Shown piece by piece: positions 18,707-28,314 of a stretch of DNA of 64,000 bases. The position numbers were made by a program, and so were the translations under genes. The notes beneath the pieces are model-generated. The model was not told the origin of the DNA, did not search any database, and saw nothing but the letters and a program-made list of their open reading frames with translations. The stretch comes from an uncultured Bacteroides sp. (GTDB taxonomy: Bacteria > Bacteroidota > Bacteroidia > Bacteroidales > GCA-2748055): NCBI GenBank assembly GCA_964601975.1, contig CAZRPW010000009.1, positions 2,224 through 66,223 on the forward strand, written 5' to 3'. The number at the start of each line of letters is the position of its first letter. The first letter of the stretch is position 1.

Positions 18707-20311
18707 ATGAAAACAAGACTACTAAATTTTAAAAAATTGAATCCATTGAGATTCTTCAGAATTTCGATTCTGACAATGTTAGCTCTATTTTACGTCAATT
18801 CAACCTACAGTCAAACAACTGTTTGGGACATAATCATTAATAGTTCTGACCATAATACCCTGGAAGCAGCCCTAAGGGCGGCTGAGTTGGAAGGGCCACT
18901 ATGGAACCATAGTAGTAATCTTACAGTATTTGCTCCCACCGATGATGCCTTTGATGCACTGCCTGCTGGAACGGTTGATGCACTGCTTGCAGATCCAACA
19001 GGGACACTCACTGATATTCTGCTCTACCATATAGTAGGTGCAGAAGCTTTTTCAACTGACCTTTCAGATGGTCAGATGATCACCACTCTGAATGGCGACA
19101 GCGTGACTGTGAAGTTCATGGATGGTTCTGTATACATCGACAACGCCATGGTTACTGTGGCCGATCTGGAGGCCGATAATGGTGTGGTTCATGTAATCGA
19201 CGCGGTTATCCTGCCCAAAACAACTGTTCTGGACATAATTGTAGCCAGTGAAAACCACAACACACTCGAAGCAGCAGTAATTGCAGCCGAACTAGATGGA
19301 GCTCTTGATGGAGACGGTCCTTTTACAGTATTTGCTCCCACCGATGACGCCTTTGCTGCATTACCCGCGGGAACGGTTGACGCACTGCTGGCAGATCCAA
19401 CAGGTGATCTGGCCCAGATCCTTCTTTATCATGTGGTAGGTGCCAAAGCATTGTCAACTGATCTTTCAGATGGTCAGATGATTACCACTCTGAATGGCGA
19501 CAGCGTGACTGTGAAATTCATGGATGGAGCTGTATATATCGACAACGCAATGGTTACTGTTGCCGATCTGGAAGCTGATAATGGAGTGGTTCATGTAATC
19601 GACGCGGTTATCCTGCCCAAATATACTGTTCTGGACATAATTGTAGCCAGTGACAACCACAACACCCTGGAAGCAGCGGTTATTGCAGCCGAACTCGATG
19701 GCGCACTTGCCGGAGACGGTCCTTTTACCGTATTTGCTCCCACCGATGATGCATTCGCTGCATTGCCCGAAGGAACGGTTGAGGCCCTTCTGGAAGATCC
19801 CACAGGAGCCCTGGCTCAGATCCTTCTTTATCACGTGGTAGGTGCAAAAGCTCTATCGACCGACCTGTCGGACGGACAAATGATAGAAACCCTGAACGGA
19901 CAGGAAGTAACTGTTAAGTTGATGGATGGCAATGTCTATATTGACAATGCAATGGTCACTGTAGCTGACCTGGAGGCCGACAATGGCGTGGTACATGTAA
20001 TTGATGCTGTGATCCTGCCCAGTACAACTGGAATCAAGGAAAGAATTGCTGAAGTAGGAAATGTAAGTGTATATCCAAACCCGGCTCGTGAGTTCGTAAA
20101 CATCAAGTATGAGATTGTAAACAGTAGCAATGTCAGTCTTGAAATGTATAACCTGAGCGGTCGTTTGGTAGCATCTGAAGACCATGGATATGCTTATGAA
20201 GGAAGTTATACGACCGAACTTCCGGTACAAAACCTGGAGCCAGGCATGTATATTCTAATTCTCAACACCGGAAACAGTCAGGTTGCAAATAAAGTTAGGG
20301 TTGTGAAGTAG
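18707..20311 (+). CDS. Secreted protein with three fasciclin (FAS1) domains and a T9SS C-terminal sorting domain
   Basis: 534 aa with a signal peptide. The FAS1 signatures TVFAPTDDAF and NGVVHVIDAVILP each occur three times. The C-terminus VSVYPNPAREFVNIKY...GMYILILNTGNSQVANKVRVVK is a Por/T9SS CTD. Confidence 0.85.
   Translation: MKTRLLNFKKLNPLRFFRISILTMLALFYVNSTYSQTTVWDIIINSSDHNTLEAALRAAELEGPLWNHSSNLTVFAPTDDAFDALPAGTVDALLADPTGTLTDILLYHIVGAEAFSTDLSDGQMITTLNGDSVTVKFMDGSVYIDNAMVTVADLEADNGVVHVIDAVILPKTTVLDIIVASENHNTLEAAVIAAELDGALDGDGPFTVFAPTDDAFAALPAGTVDALLADPTGDLAQILLYHVVGAKALSTDLSDGQMITTLNGDSVTVKFMDGAVYIDNAMVTVADLEADNGVVHVIDAVILPKYTVLDIIVASDNHNTLEAAVIAAELDGALAGDGPFTVFAPTDDAFAALPEGTVEALLEDPTGALAQILLYHVVGAKALSTDLSDGQMIETLNGQEVTVKLMDGNVYIDNAMVTVADLEADNGVVHVIDAVILPSTTGIKERIAEVGNVSVYPNPAREFVNIKYEIVNSSNVSLEMYNLSGRLVASEDHGYAYEGSYTTELPVQNLEPGMYILILNTGNSQVANKVRVVK
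18815..20027 (+). repeat. In-frame tandem triplication of a FAS1-domain unit (periods 408 and 402 bp)
   Basis: Units start at TVWDII (18815), TVLDII (19223) and TVLDII (19625). Units 2 and 3 share long identical peptide runs (DLSDGQMI, YIDNAMVTVADLEADNGVVHVIDAVILP). Confidence 0.9.
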
Positions 20312-20350
20312 GAAATGATGCAACTTAAAAACCAAGTACCGGTTTATGAG

Positions 20351-20395
20351 AAGAGGCTGCCCTCCGCCTGTGGTGGAGAGCAGCCTCTTTTTTTT
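20351..20395 (+). terminator. Rho-independent terminator after the fasciclin gene
   Basis: A perfect 10-bp stem (aagaggctgc at 20351-60 pairs with gcagcctctt at 20380-89) has a 19-nt loop and is followed by a T8 run. It lies between convergent genes. Confidence 0.75.
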
Positions 20396-20419
20396 CCCGG
20401 CCCGACGCAAGCATAAGTA

Positions 20420-21169
20420 TTATGCGGACTCATCCATAGCCGCATTCACCTCATCGGTGACCTCAAGGTTGTGAGATACGGCCTGAACATCATCGTCGTC
20501 CTCGAACTCTTCAATGATCTTCATAATCTGAATAGACTGCTCAAGCGTCAGCTCAATGGTATCATTGGGAATCCGCTGCAGTTCGGCACTCTCGGTCTCC
20601 AGGCCCATTTCTGCAAGCTTCAGCTGAACATTGTTAAACTCTTCCATGGGGGTGGTAATCATAAAAGTGTCATCCACAAGTTCCACTTCTTCCACACCCG
20701 CATCGATGATTTCCAGTTCAAACTCGTCAGGATCCAGATCCCCTTTGGGCAGACTTATAACTCCCTTCCGTTCAAACATAAAGCCCAGTGAACCATTGGT
20801 TCCCAGGCTACCCCCCCTTTTATTGAAGATAGCGCGTACGTTACTGACTGTACGATTGCGGTTATCGGTAAGTGAATCGACAAAGACCCCTATTCCGTAG
20901 GGGAGCATACCCTCAAAGGTAAGTTCCAGAAAGGATGAGTTATCCCTGTCAGCCTTATTTATGGCCCGCTGGATCGTATCCTTTGGCATATTCAGTCCCT
21001 TGGCAGTCTGCACTGCGGAACGGAGCCTCGGATTGGCATCAATTTCTGAACCACCTGTACTGGCAGCTACCGTGATCTCTTTAATAAGCTTGGTGAATAA
21101 TTTCCCCCGTCGGGCATCGTTCGCACCCTTCTTACGCTTAATGGTTGACCATTTACTGTGTCCTGACAT
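20420..21169 (-). CDS. YebC/PmpR-family DNA-binding regulatory protein
   Basis: 249 aa starting MSGHSKWSTIKRKKGANDARRGKLFTKL, the hallmark N-terminus of the YebC family. Confidence 0.9.
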   Translation of the reverse strand: MSGHSKWSTIKRKKGANDARRGKLFTKLIKEITVAASTGGSEIDANPRLRSAVQTAKGLNMPKDTIQRAINKADRDNSSFLELTFEGMLPYGIGVFVDSLTDNRNRTVSNVRAIFNKRGGSLGTNGSLGFMFERKGVISLPKGDLDPDEFELEIIDAGVEEVELVDDTFMITTPMEEFNNVQLKLAEMGLETESAELQRIPNDTIELTLEQSIQIMKIIEEFEDDDDVQAVSHNLEVTDEVNAAMDESA

Positions 21170-21222
21170 AGTTTTGCTAGATTTTCTACAAAACTAATAA
21201 ATTGCCGCTAAGTGAAAAATGA

Positions 21223-21774
21223 TTAACGACTGATTACCTGGGCACCTCCGAATACCACATCAATTTTGATGTTAATACTGGCCGAATCGGGTGTCCACAA
21301 GTCATTTTCATACACGCTTGACCCAAATACTGCAGTGCTGCCATCTGGCAACTCGGCACCGGCAAAAACCGCATCGGCAGTAATCCTCACAGGAAGCTCC
21401 CTCGGCACTATGATCTGGGTTCCACCAAAAACCGTACTGATCTTCGTGTGATAGCTCCCCTTGCTCAGATCCACATCGGTAAAATCGTATACCCCTTTCC
21501 CAAACAGCACCGTGTATTCCTTTCCCGAATCCGGATTATGATAAGTCCGTTCGTTAAAGATGGTCTCTTCCGGATCAAAATGACGGGACGGGATAATGAA
21601 CCGCCCGAAAAGCACCTTAATACCCAACAAGACCAGGAAAATCCCAACCAGCACCTTAAATACCGGGAAATCAATCTGAAATACAACCTTGATAATCAGC
21701 GCGACACCCAGAAGAAGTAAAAACGCACCCCAAAAAATACCTGCTCCCATTTTCATATGATTTTTAGTTTTCAT
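21223..21774 (-). CDS. Membrane protein, possibly LiaF/DUF2154-like
   Basis: 183 aa with two N-terminal TM helices. The C-terminal beta-rich region has repeated FGG..Q/V motifs (VFGGTQIIV, VFGGAQVI). The family assignment is tentative. Confidence 0.35.
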   Translation of the reverse strand: MKTKNHMKMGAGIFWGAFLLLLGVALIIKVVFQIDFPVFKVLVGIFLVLLGIKVLFGRFIIPSRHFDPEETIFNERTYHNPDSGKEYTVLFGKGVYDFTDVDLSKGSYHTKISTVFGGTQIIVPRELPVRITADAVFAGAELPDGSTAVFGSSVYENDLWTPDSASINIKIDVVFGGAQVISR

Positions 21775-21910
21775 TGCTTGAAATTTCTAATGCAATTTTA
21801 GGGAGAAAACAAAAGCCCTGAAACAATTAATCGGCGAAGGGGGTTATTATGTCGGTAAATAGGCTCAATTTGACCTTTATTCCTGAAAACTTCATGTTGG
21901 TTTTATAACT

Positions 21911-23245
21911 TTGCGCACTGTGACTGAAAGAAAACTATATATAGAGACCTATGGCTGCCAGATGAATGTGGTTGACAGTGAGGTCGTAGCAGCTATTCTG
22001 CAAAAGCAGGATTACGTGCTAACCGAAGAAATAGAAGAGGCGGATCTCATCCTGGTGAATACCTGTTCCATCAGGGATAATGCAGAGCAACGAATCAGGG
22101 CAAGGCTGAAGGAATTTGGCCGTGTCAAGAAAGAAAACAAGGGGGTATCGGTAGGGCTCATAGGTTGTATGGCCGAGAGGCTGAAAGAGCAACTATTGGA
22201 GGAGGAACCGGTGATTGACCTGGTGGTGGGCCCGGATGCCTACCGTGAACTCCCCGCCCTGCTCGCACAGGTGGAGACCGGGCAAAAAGGCATCGACACC
22301 CTGCTTTCCACCACGGAGACTTACAGCGATATTGAGCCGGTGCGAATGGATAAAAACCGGGTGAGCTCCTTTGTCTCCATCATGCGTGGCTGCAATAATT
22401 TCTGCGCCTATTGTGTGGTTCCCGGAACCAGGGGCAGGGAAAGGAGCCGGGATCCTGAAACCATCGTCGAAGAGGCAGCAGAACTGTTTCGGAAGGGCTA
22501 CCGTGAGGTAACGCTGCTGGGGCAAAATGTGAATTCCTATCGCTGGGGTGATAAAGAGACAGGGCTATCCTTTGAACTTCTTCTGGAAAGGGTAGCCGGG
22601 ATCGACCCCCTCCTGAGGGTACGCTTTGCCACCTCGCATCCAAAGGACATGTCCGATGAACTACTGAAAGTAATGGCAAAGCATCCCAACCTTTGCCGGG
22701 CCATCCATCTTCCGGTTCAGTCGGGAAGCACCTCCGTACTGGAGCGTATGAAGCGCAGGTATACAAGAGAGCATTACATGGACCGGGTAAAGGCCATCCG
22801 AAAATACCTGCCCGATGCCAGTATTTCTACAGATATCATTGCCGGTTTTTGTGGCGAAAGCGAAGAGGAGCACCAGGATACCCTGAGTATGATGGAATGG
22901 GTTGGATATGACCTATCCTACATGTTCAAATACAGTGAAAGGGCGGAAACATTTGCCGCAAGGAAAATGAAGGACGATGTGCCCGAAAATATTAAAACAA
23001 GGCGATTGAATGAGATCATTGAATTACAGAACAGGCTCTCCCTGGCTGGAAAGAAGAAAGACATAGGCCTTACCTATGAAGTCCTGGCTGAAGGCAGTTC
23101 AAAAAAATCGGAAGCGCAACTTTATGGCCGTACTTCTCAGAATAAGGTGGTAGTATTTCCCCGGGGATCGGTTAAAGCGGGTGAGTATATTCAGGTGCGC
23201 ATCACCCACTGCACTTCCGCCACACTGATCGGGGAACAGGTTTAA
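21911..23245 (+). CDS. miaB: tRNA-i6A37 methylthiotransferase MiaB
   Basis: 444 aa with N-terminal YIETYGCQMN, a radical-SAM CNNFCAYC motif and a C-terminal TRAM-like region. The start is uncertain: it is TTG at 21911 in the track, or GTG at 21920. Confidence 0.9.
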   Translation: MRTVTERKLYIETYGCQMNVVDSEVVAAILQKQDYVLTEEIEEADLILVNTCSIRDNAEQRIRARLKEFGRVKKENKGVSVGLIGCMAERLKEQLLEEEPVIDLVVGPDAYRELPALLAQVETGQKGIDTLLSTTETYSDIEPVRMDKNRVSSFVSIMRGCNNFCAYCVVPGTRGRERSRDPETIVEEAAELFRKGYREVTLLGQNVNSYRWGDKETGLSFELLLERVAGIDPLLRVRFATSHPKDMSDELLKVMAKHPNLCRAIHLPVQSGSTSVLERMKRRYTREHYMDRVKAIRKYLPDASISTDIIAGFCGESEEEHQDTLSMMEWVGYDLSYMFKYSERAETFAARKMKDDVPENIKTRRLNEIIELQNRLSLAGKKKDIGLTYEVLAEGSSKKSEAQLYGRTSQNKVVVFPRGSVKAGEYIQVRITHCTSATLIGEQV

Positions 23246-23258
23246 CCGAGCCTGCGAG

Positions 23259-23606
23259 CTAGTCGAGTACCAGCAGGATCTTTTCCCGGGTATTTTCGCA
23301 GTTCACAAAGGAAAACTTTCCCTCCAGTTCCAGCAAAATCACCAGCTCCTTCACATCATCACTTACATTACAGAGCTTAAACTGGCTTCCCACCTGCTTT
23401 GCACGCTCTGAGATTTCCATTAATACTTCAAATCCAGAGGTATCGATGAAGCGTATTCCTTCCAGGTTGAAAATTACATCTGCACCTGGCTCCTCGATGA
23501 GCTCCCTGAGCTGCTCCTTTACAAGTTCTGAGAATAGGGTGTTCAGTCTGTCCACCTGGAACAACCCCACCCTGTACTGGCTCCCTTCCTTCGCAATCTT
23601 TAACAT
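23259..23606 (-). CDS. STAS-domain protein (anti-sigma-factor-antagonist-like)
   Basis: 115 aa. IRFIDTSGFEVLMEISERAKQVGSQFKLCNV matches the STAS/SpoIIAA layout. No partner kinase or anti-sigma gene is nearby. Confidence 0.7.
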   Translation of the reverse strand: MLKIAKEGSQYRVGLFQVDRLNTLFSELVKEQLRELIEEPGADVIFNLEGIRFIDTSGFEVLMEISERAKQVGSQFKLCNVSDDVKELVILLELEGKFSFVNCENTREKILLVLD

Positions 23607-24094
23607 TTCTATGTTTATCTAAAAATCTGCTACAAAGTAAATCACATGCTTTTCAATCCATGTAAAATCTCGGCGAAGATATTCACAAATAATTGTGAAT
23701 TAACGCATGAGACAAAGAGTTGAAACAATTTGTAATAAGTATAAATAACAAACTTTTGCACCCTTGCTCAGCTTGTAATCAGTATCTTAATTCCATTGAA
23801 GATCGTTGATAAGGGTATTGTCAATAAAACTTGCTACCACATGGATGTACTTGTACTGGGTGCTGGGGTCTCGGGGCACACTGCCGCAGCCTTTTTAAGA
23901 AAAAAACCTGGGGGAAAACAACACGAAGCAAGAGGATATAAGGACGAATTTTATCCACCCATTCCTACGAGGTTCACGAAACACATCCGCACCAATATAC
24001 TGGTTCAGATCTACAAATTTTTCAGGCTGAATCTGAAAATCATGCGAATTGTGGTGAAGGGGCACTCCTGATATACAGTAGCGAATAAGCCACA

Positions 24095-25672
24095 CTAGTG
24101 CTTTAGTTCAAAGATCGGGATACTATTTAATGGAACTGCCAGTTCGAGTTTCTTAGGGCCTTTAATCCTTCGCCCGTTCCGATCTTTCCAAACCCCTTCC
24201 GGGATCACCACCGTACGTGTTCCCTCACCTGGCGCCAGCATGGGCGCCACCAGAATATGATCGCCCAGCATGAATTGGTCATCTATGGCCTGGTATCCCT
24301 GGTGGGGAAATACATATTCCAAGGAACGCACAATGGGTTCACCTGAACCTGCCGATTCCTCTGCCAGATCCAGGATCAGGTCTGTATATTCCGCTCGTAT
24401 ATCAACCGCTCGTTGTACGGCCATGAAGTGCGCCGGATCGAGAATTCTCCAGGGTGCCACGGAAAACTGCATCATAGGCATCAGGGCATGGGTCTGTGCC
24501 GAACGCACAATCAGGTCCTGGTCCATCTCTGCTCCCGGAAGAAAAGAGACAAAATCTCCTCCCCCTACCATATCCGGACAGGTGAAGTTATAACCAACCA
24601 TTCCCTGTAAAAGAATGTCGGGGATCAAGGTTTGGACATCTTCCCAGGTATGGAGCTTATCCCTTAACCTGTTCACGAGGGGCTGACCTGCCATTTTCCA
24701 CATGGCCCTGTATTCATTCAGGGGATAATCCAGTCCAATGTGTGCATATAATTCACAAAGATCATTGGGCCCCATATTGCCATAAGAAACCAGGCCCTGG
24801 TATGCTCCCAGGTCACCGGCATCAAATTTAAAACCATCTACGCCATACTTGTTTTGCAAAGCATCCAGCTGTTCCTTAAACCAAAGGGCTGTTTCAGGAT
24901 TAGAAAGGTCAAGCGATCCACTGGCTCCGTTCCACCACCTGACGATCGCGCTTAATCCTGTGCTATCTTGGAGTAACAGTGCCTTACTATCCAAAAACCG
25001 GTATACATCACAATCCGGACTCACAAATGGGACCACCCACAGCATGACTTTAAAACCCATTTGATGCAATGAATCCATCATCTCCGCCGGATCGGGAAAG
25101 CGTCCCGGGTGAAAATCCCATTTCCCATAATCTTCCTGCCAGTTATCGTCGATCATCAGGACACCCGGAGCAAAGCCATTTTTCAGGATATCGTTGGCAT
25201 ACTTCAAAATATCCTGCTGATTCTGGTCGTACTGCAATTCAATCCACGTGTTGTACTGGGGTGCTGAGAATAATAATATATCCGGAAGGATACCTGCAGG
25301 TGGGAAATAGGTCTTGCTTGCATATAGAAAGGCCTCTTTCAGGGTAGATCCGGATTCATGGTAGATCAGCCCGGCAGCTCCAGCCTGGACAAGCAGGGTA
25401 TCATCCTTCACCTCAACCGTAAATGGCTCCTCAGACCAGATCGTCTGCCCAAGGTTTGAAATAAGCAGAGGCTGGATCTGGTTACCATAATTTCCATTGA
25501 AGTCTGCGGAATAACCTTCTTCCAGCGGCATAAATTCTCCATGACTTACGACCCCGCACCACCAGGCTGTTTCATTCATTTTGATTTTAATATTTGCAGG
25601 ATCAATCTTTTGTCCAAAGCCTGTCACGGGCAGTAGGAAAACGATTAAAACGATACTCCAGAACTTGGTCAT
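24095..25672 (-). CDS. Glycoside hydrolase family 31 (secreted)
   Basis: 525 aa with a signal peptide. It has the GH31 nucleophile-region pattern GVDGFKFDAGD (compare YicI-type ..DCFKTDFGE) and WQEDYGKWDFHPGRFPDP. Confidence 0.75.
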   Translation of the reverse strand: MTKFWSIVLIVFLLPVTGFGQKIDPANIKIKMNETAWWCGVVSHGEFMPLEEGYSADFNGNYGNQIQPLLISNLGQTIWSEEPFTVEVKDDTLLVQAGAAGLIYHESGSTLKEAFLYASKTYFPPAGILPDILLFSAPQYNTWIELQYDQNQQDILKYANDILKNGFAPGVLMIDDNWQEDYGKWDFHPGRFPDPAEMMDSLHQMGFKVMLWVVPFVSPDCDVYRFLDSKALLLQDSTGLSAIVRWWNGASGSLDLSNPETALWFKEQLDALQNKYGVDGFKFDAGDLGAYQGLVSYGNMGPNDLCELYAHIGLDYPLNEYRAMWKMAGQPLVNRLRDKLHTWEDVQTLIPDILLQGMVGYNFTCPDMVGGGDFVSFLPGAEMDQDLIVRSAQTHALMPMMQFSVAPWRILDPAHFMAVQRAVDIRAEYTDLILDLAEESAGSGEPIVRSLEYVFPHQGYQAIDDQFMLGDHILVAPMLAPGEGTRTVVIPEGVWKDRNGRRIKGPKKLELAVPLNSIPIFELKH

Positions 25673-25692
25673 AATTATATTTTTTATTGGTT

Positions 25693-27186
25693 TTATTTGA
25701 TTGAAACTGATCCCAGTGCAACAAATCCATCGGAATCGAAACTGTTTTGTTGAAGGCCCAGATCTATAGGCAGGTAATTTTCACCTGAGGACTCAATCAG
25801 TTTGAATTTAAGGAAATAATTCCCGTTTTCTATATTATCAGGTAATTGGAAAGTGTACTCGGTCACTGTTGGAGAATCAGGCAACCAGTTTTCATTGCCG
25901 GAATCTTCGATCAGGATATCGGTATGGTGATTATTTTCTGTATCGCTAAGCCGCAGTAAAAGACTAAATGGTTTGTAGGCAGGAGCTATTCCCTTATTAA
26001 GCCATTCGATGTATAATGTGTTCTTTCCTTCAGACAATTCAGAATCAAATTCAGCTTTAAGCGGAAAATACCAGTAGCCACAAAGATTGGCCAATTCTTT
26101 TGTCAGCTCGGGATTGTCGGCCAACCATTCTTCCGCATATCCATGATAACCTATGTAAGTGGCATGCATGACTTTGATAGCATTACGCATAATCTCGGCA
26201 CCTGAATAAGCATATTTTGAGATCTTTTCACTGCCGTTTTTCCCCAGCCAATTCCCTTTATCTTTGACAGTCCCATAATGCTCCAGCTCAAACACAATAG
26301 GCTTTTGAAGGTAAAGGGGATCGTAGTAGTGGGGATGACTATGCGTCCAGGTTTCTAAATGGTCCTGAAGGTAGGAATCCACGAGCGGGCTGTCGCACCG
26401 AAGCGAAATTCCCTTACTGGTGGCATATTGGAATAGCTCCTCCTCTTCGCTTTTTGATTTTCCGGTAAAAAGATAGTTATAGCATACAAGGATTTGAGTT
26501 TTTTTATAGTTGTTCAAATAGATATCCATATTGGCTTTCACCTCTGACATGGTGGCGGGAACTTTAGTCGTAAAATATGTATGTCCTTCACCCCAGTCAC
26601 CAATGCTGCCAATATCCACATAACTAACCCAGGCCTGACCATCATAACGAGCGGCAAAAGCATTGTGAAACTGGTTCAGCTTCTCAAGATAAACAGGATC
26701 GCCCCAGGCTGGCACCCAGTTTTTGCTCTCCCCTCTTTCGTCGATGATGCCTTTTGCCCCGGCTTTTTCGACCCAACTTGGTGTGGCGTATTGCACATCA
26801 TTCACTTGCTCACCAACCGAACCGGGATATCTTCCGGTTTCACTGCAGGTTATCCTGAAAGAAATTTTATAGCCCCTGGGTACATATTTTTCTACTACCC
26901 GATCTATATACGACCAATCGAATTCGCCCTCCCCGGGCTCCAGGTAACTCCAGGCTAATCTCAGGTAGATATGATCCATTCCGGGAAAAGTGGCAAAAAC
27001 GGAATCGTCTGTAATCGCATATCGGCTTATCCCATTATCAAGTAAATGATGGTACCAGCCTTTATAAGGATTTTCTAAAACACGGCAGCTATCCCATTGA
27101 TTCGTAAGAGAAATTTCACGCTGAGACGAACATCCGATATTTGTCGAAAATACAACTACGATTAAAAGATTAAATATTTGTCTCAT
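25693..27186 (-). CDS. Putative glycoside hydrolase, DUF4832-like (lipoprotein)
   Basis: 497 aa with a lipobox-like VFSTNIGCSS. The N-terminal TIM-barrel-like block is LRLAWSYLEPGEGEFDWSYID. The C-terminal block WLNKGIAPAYKPFSLLLRL is shared with the paralog at 41709..43175. Confidence 0.55.
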   Translation of the reverse strand: MRQIFNLLIVVVFSTNIGCSSQREISLTNQWDSCRVLENPYKGWYHHLLDNGISRYAITDDSVFATFPGMDHIYLRLAWSYLEPGEGEFDWSYIDRVVEKYVPRGYKISFRITCSETGRYPGSVGEQVNDVQYATPSWVEKAGAKGIIDERGESKNWVPAWGDPVYLEKLNQFHNAFAARYDGQAWVSYVDIGSIGDWGEGHTYFTTKVPATMSEVKANMDIYLNNYKKTQILVCYNYLFTGKSKSEEEELFQYATSKGISLRCDSPLVDSYLQDHLETWTHSHPHYYDPLYLQKPIVFELEHYGTVKDKGNWLGKNGSEKISKYAYSGAEIMRNAIKVMHATYIGYHGYAEEWLADNPELTKELANLCGYWYFPLKAEFDSELSEGKNTLYIEWLNKGIAPAYKPFSLLLRLSDTENNHHTDILIEDSGNENWLPDSPTVTEYTFQLPDNIENGNYFLKFKLIESSGENYLPIDLGLQQNSFDSDGFVALGSVSIK

Positions 27187-27229
27187 TATCCAGGTTCCGG
27201 TCCACTGATCAGATATTGTTTTTTTTGGA

Positions 27230-28267
27230 TTAATATTTTCCGTCCCTTACTTCATAGTGGGTTGGTTTGCCCAGTAATTCTTTACCTTCACCCATCCAAC
27301 CGGCAACCCATTTGATAATCTGAGAAGTTGAAACCTTTGGGCGGCCAAATATTTTAAAGGCCTGTTCAGCGTTATTGAGCAGCGCCGTTTTTGCTTCTTC
27401 ATTAAAGAATTCAGGGCTTACATTGAATAATTTTCCAAATTCCAGTGCAACTTCCTTTACGGATAAGATTTCCTCACCAGTGATGTTTAATATTTTAGCC
27501 GGGCTTTCGCAGATTCCCAGCGAACGAAGTACCACGTCGTTCACATCGCCCTGCCAGATCACATTGAAGTATCCCATGGACAAATCGATGGGCTCCTGGT
27601 TTTTGACTTTGGTGGCAATGTCCACCAGGACACCATAGCGCAGCTCCACTGAATAATTCAGGCGGATCAGGCATACTTTTGTCTGGTATTTTTTACTTCC
27701 ATATTCAAACATCCTCTCTCTTCCCAGGCATGATTGTGCATATTCACCAACGGGTGTGGGCGTATCAGACTCGAGCGATCCGCCCGAATTCACAGGGACC
27801 AGCGGGTAGACGCATCCGGTTGAGAAGGCCACAATTCTGGATCCCTTAAAATGCTCCGCCACAAGTGCCGGCATGTAGGAGTTGACCGCCCAGGTGAGGG
27901 AGATATTCTCTTCAGACCCAAATTTCATTCCGGCCAGGAAAATCACATTCTTTGCCAGTGGCAAACCTTTTATAAAGTCGCTGTCCAGTAAATCTCCATG
28001 TATGGTTTCAATTCCAATGTCCTCGAACTGTTTGCGTTGCTGATCCGATTTGAACAGAGAAACTCCATATAAACGTTTTTTTACACCTGCCTGATCACAG
28101 GCCCTTAGGGCCATCATTGCCAGTGTCGGTCCTATTTTACCACCTATCCCGAGGAACATCATGTCCCCTTCTAAAGCTGAAAACATTTTCACCGCAGCAT
28201 CGGTGGGCTGGGATAGCAGGTCCTCTAATATCGATTTGTCAGCTATTTTATCCGGATATTCATTCAT
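27230..28267 (-). CDS. NAD(P)-dependent epimerase/dehydratase-family protein (cytoplasmic)
   Basis: 345 aa with a Rossmann motif FLGIGGKIGPTL and no signal peptide. Confidence 0.65.
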   Translation of the reverse strand: MNEYPDKIADKSILEDLLSQPTDAAVKMFSALEGDMMFLGIGGKIGPTLAMMALRACDQAGVKKRLYGVSLFKSDQQRKQFEDIGIETIHGDLLDSDFIKGLPLAKNVIFLAGMKFGSEENISLTWAVNSYMPALVAEHFKGSRIVAFSTGCVYPLVPVNSGGSLESDTPTPVGEYAQSCLGRERMFEYGSKKYQTKVCLIRLNYSVELRYGVLVDIATKVKNQEPIDLSMGYFNVIWQGDVNDVVLRSLGICESPAKILNITGEEILSVKEVALEFGKLFNVSPEFFNEEAKTALLNNAEQAFKIFGRPKVSTSQIIKWVAGWMGEGKELLGKPTHYEVRDGKY

Positions 28268-28314
28268 TATATTTTCTCCTGTTTAATATAAAATATTGGA
28301 TGGATCACCATTGT

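Noticed and set aside
21906-21913. A TAACTTTG sequence matching the Bacteroidota -7 promoter consensus TAnnTTTG, overlapping the TTG start assigned to miaB.
   Set aside because: A promoter element and the start codon cannot both occupy this site, and from sequence alone I cannot decide between them. The miaB start may be the GTG at 21920, so I do not annotate a promoter feature.
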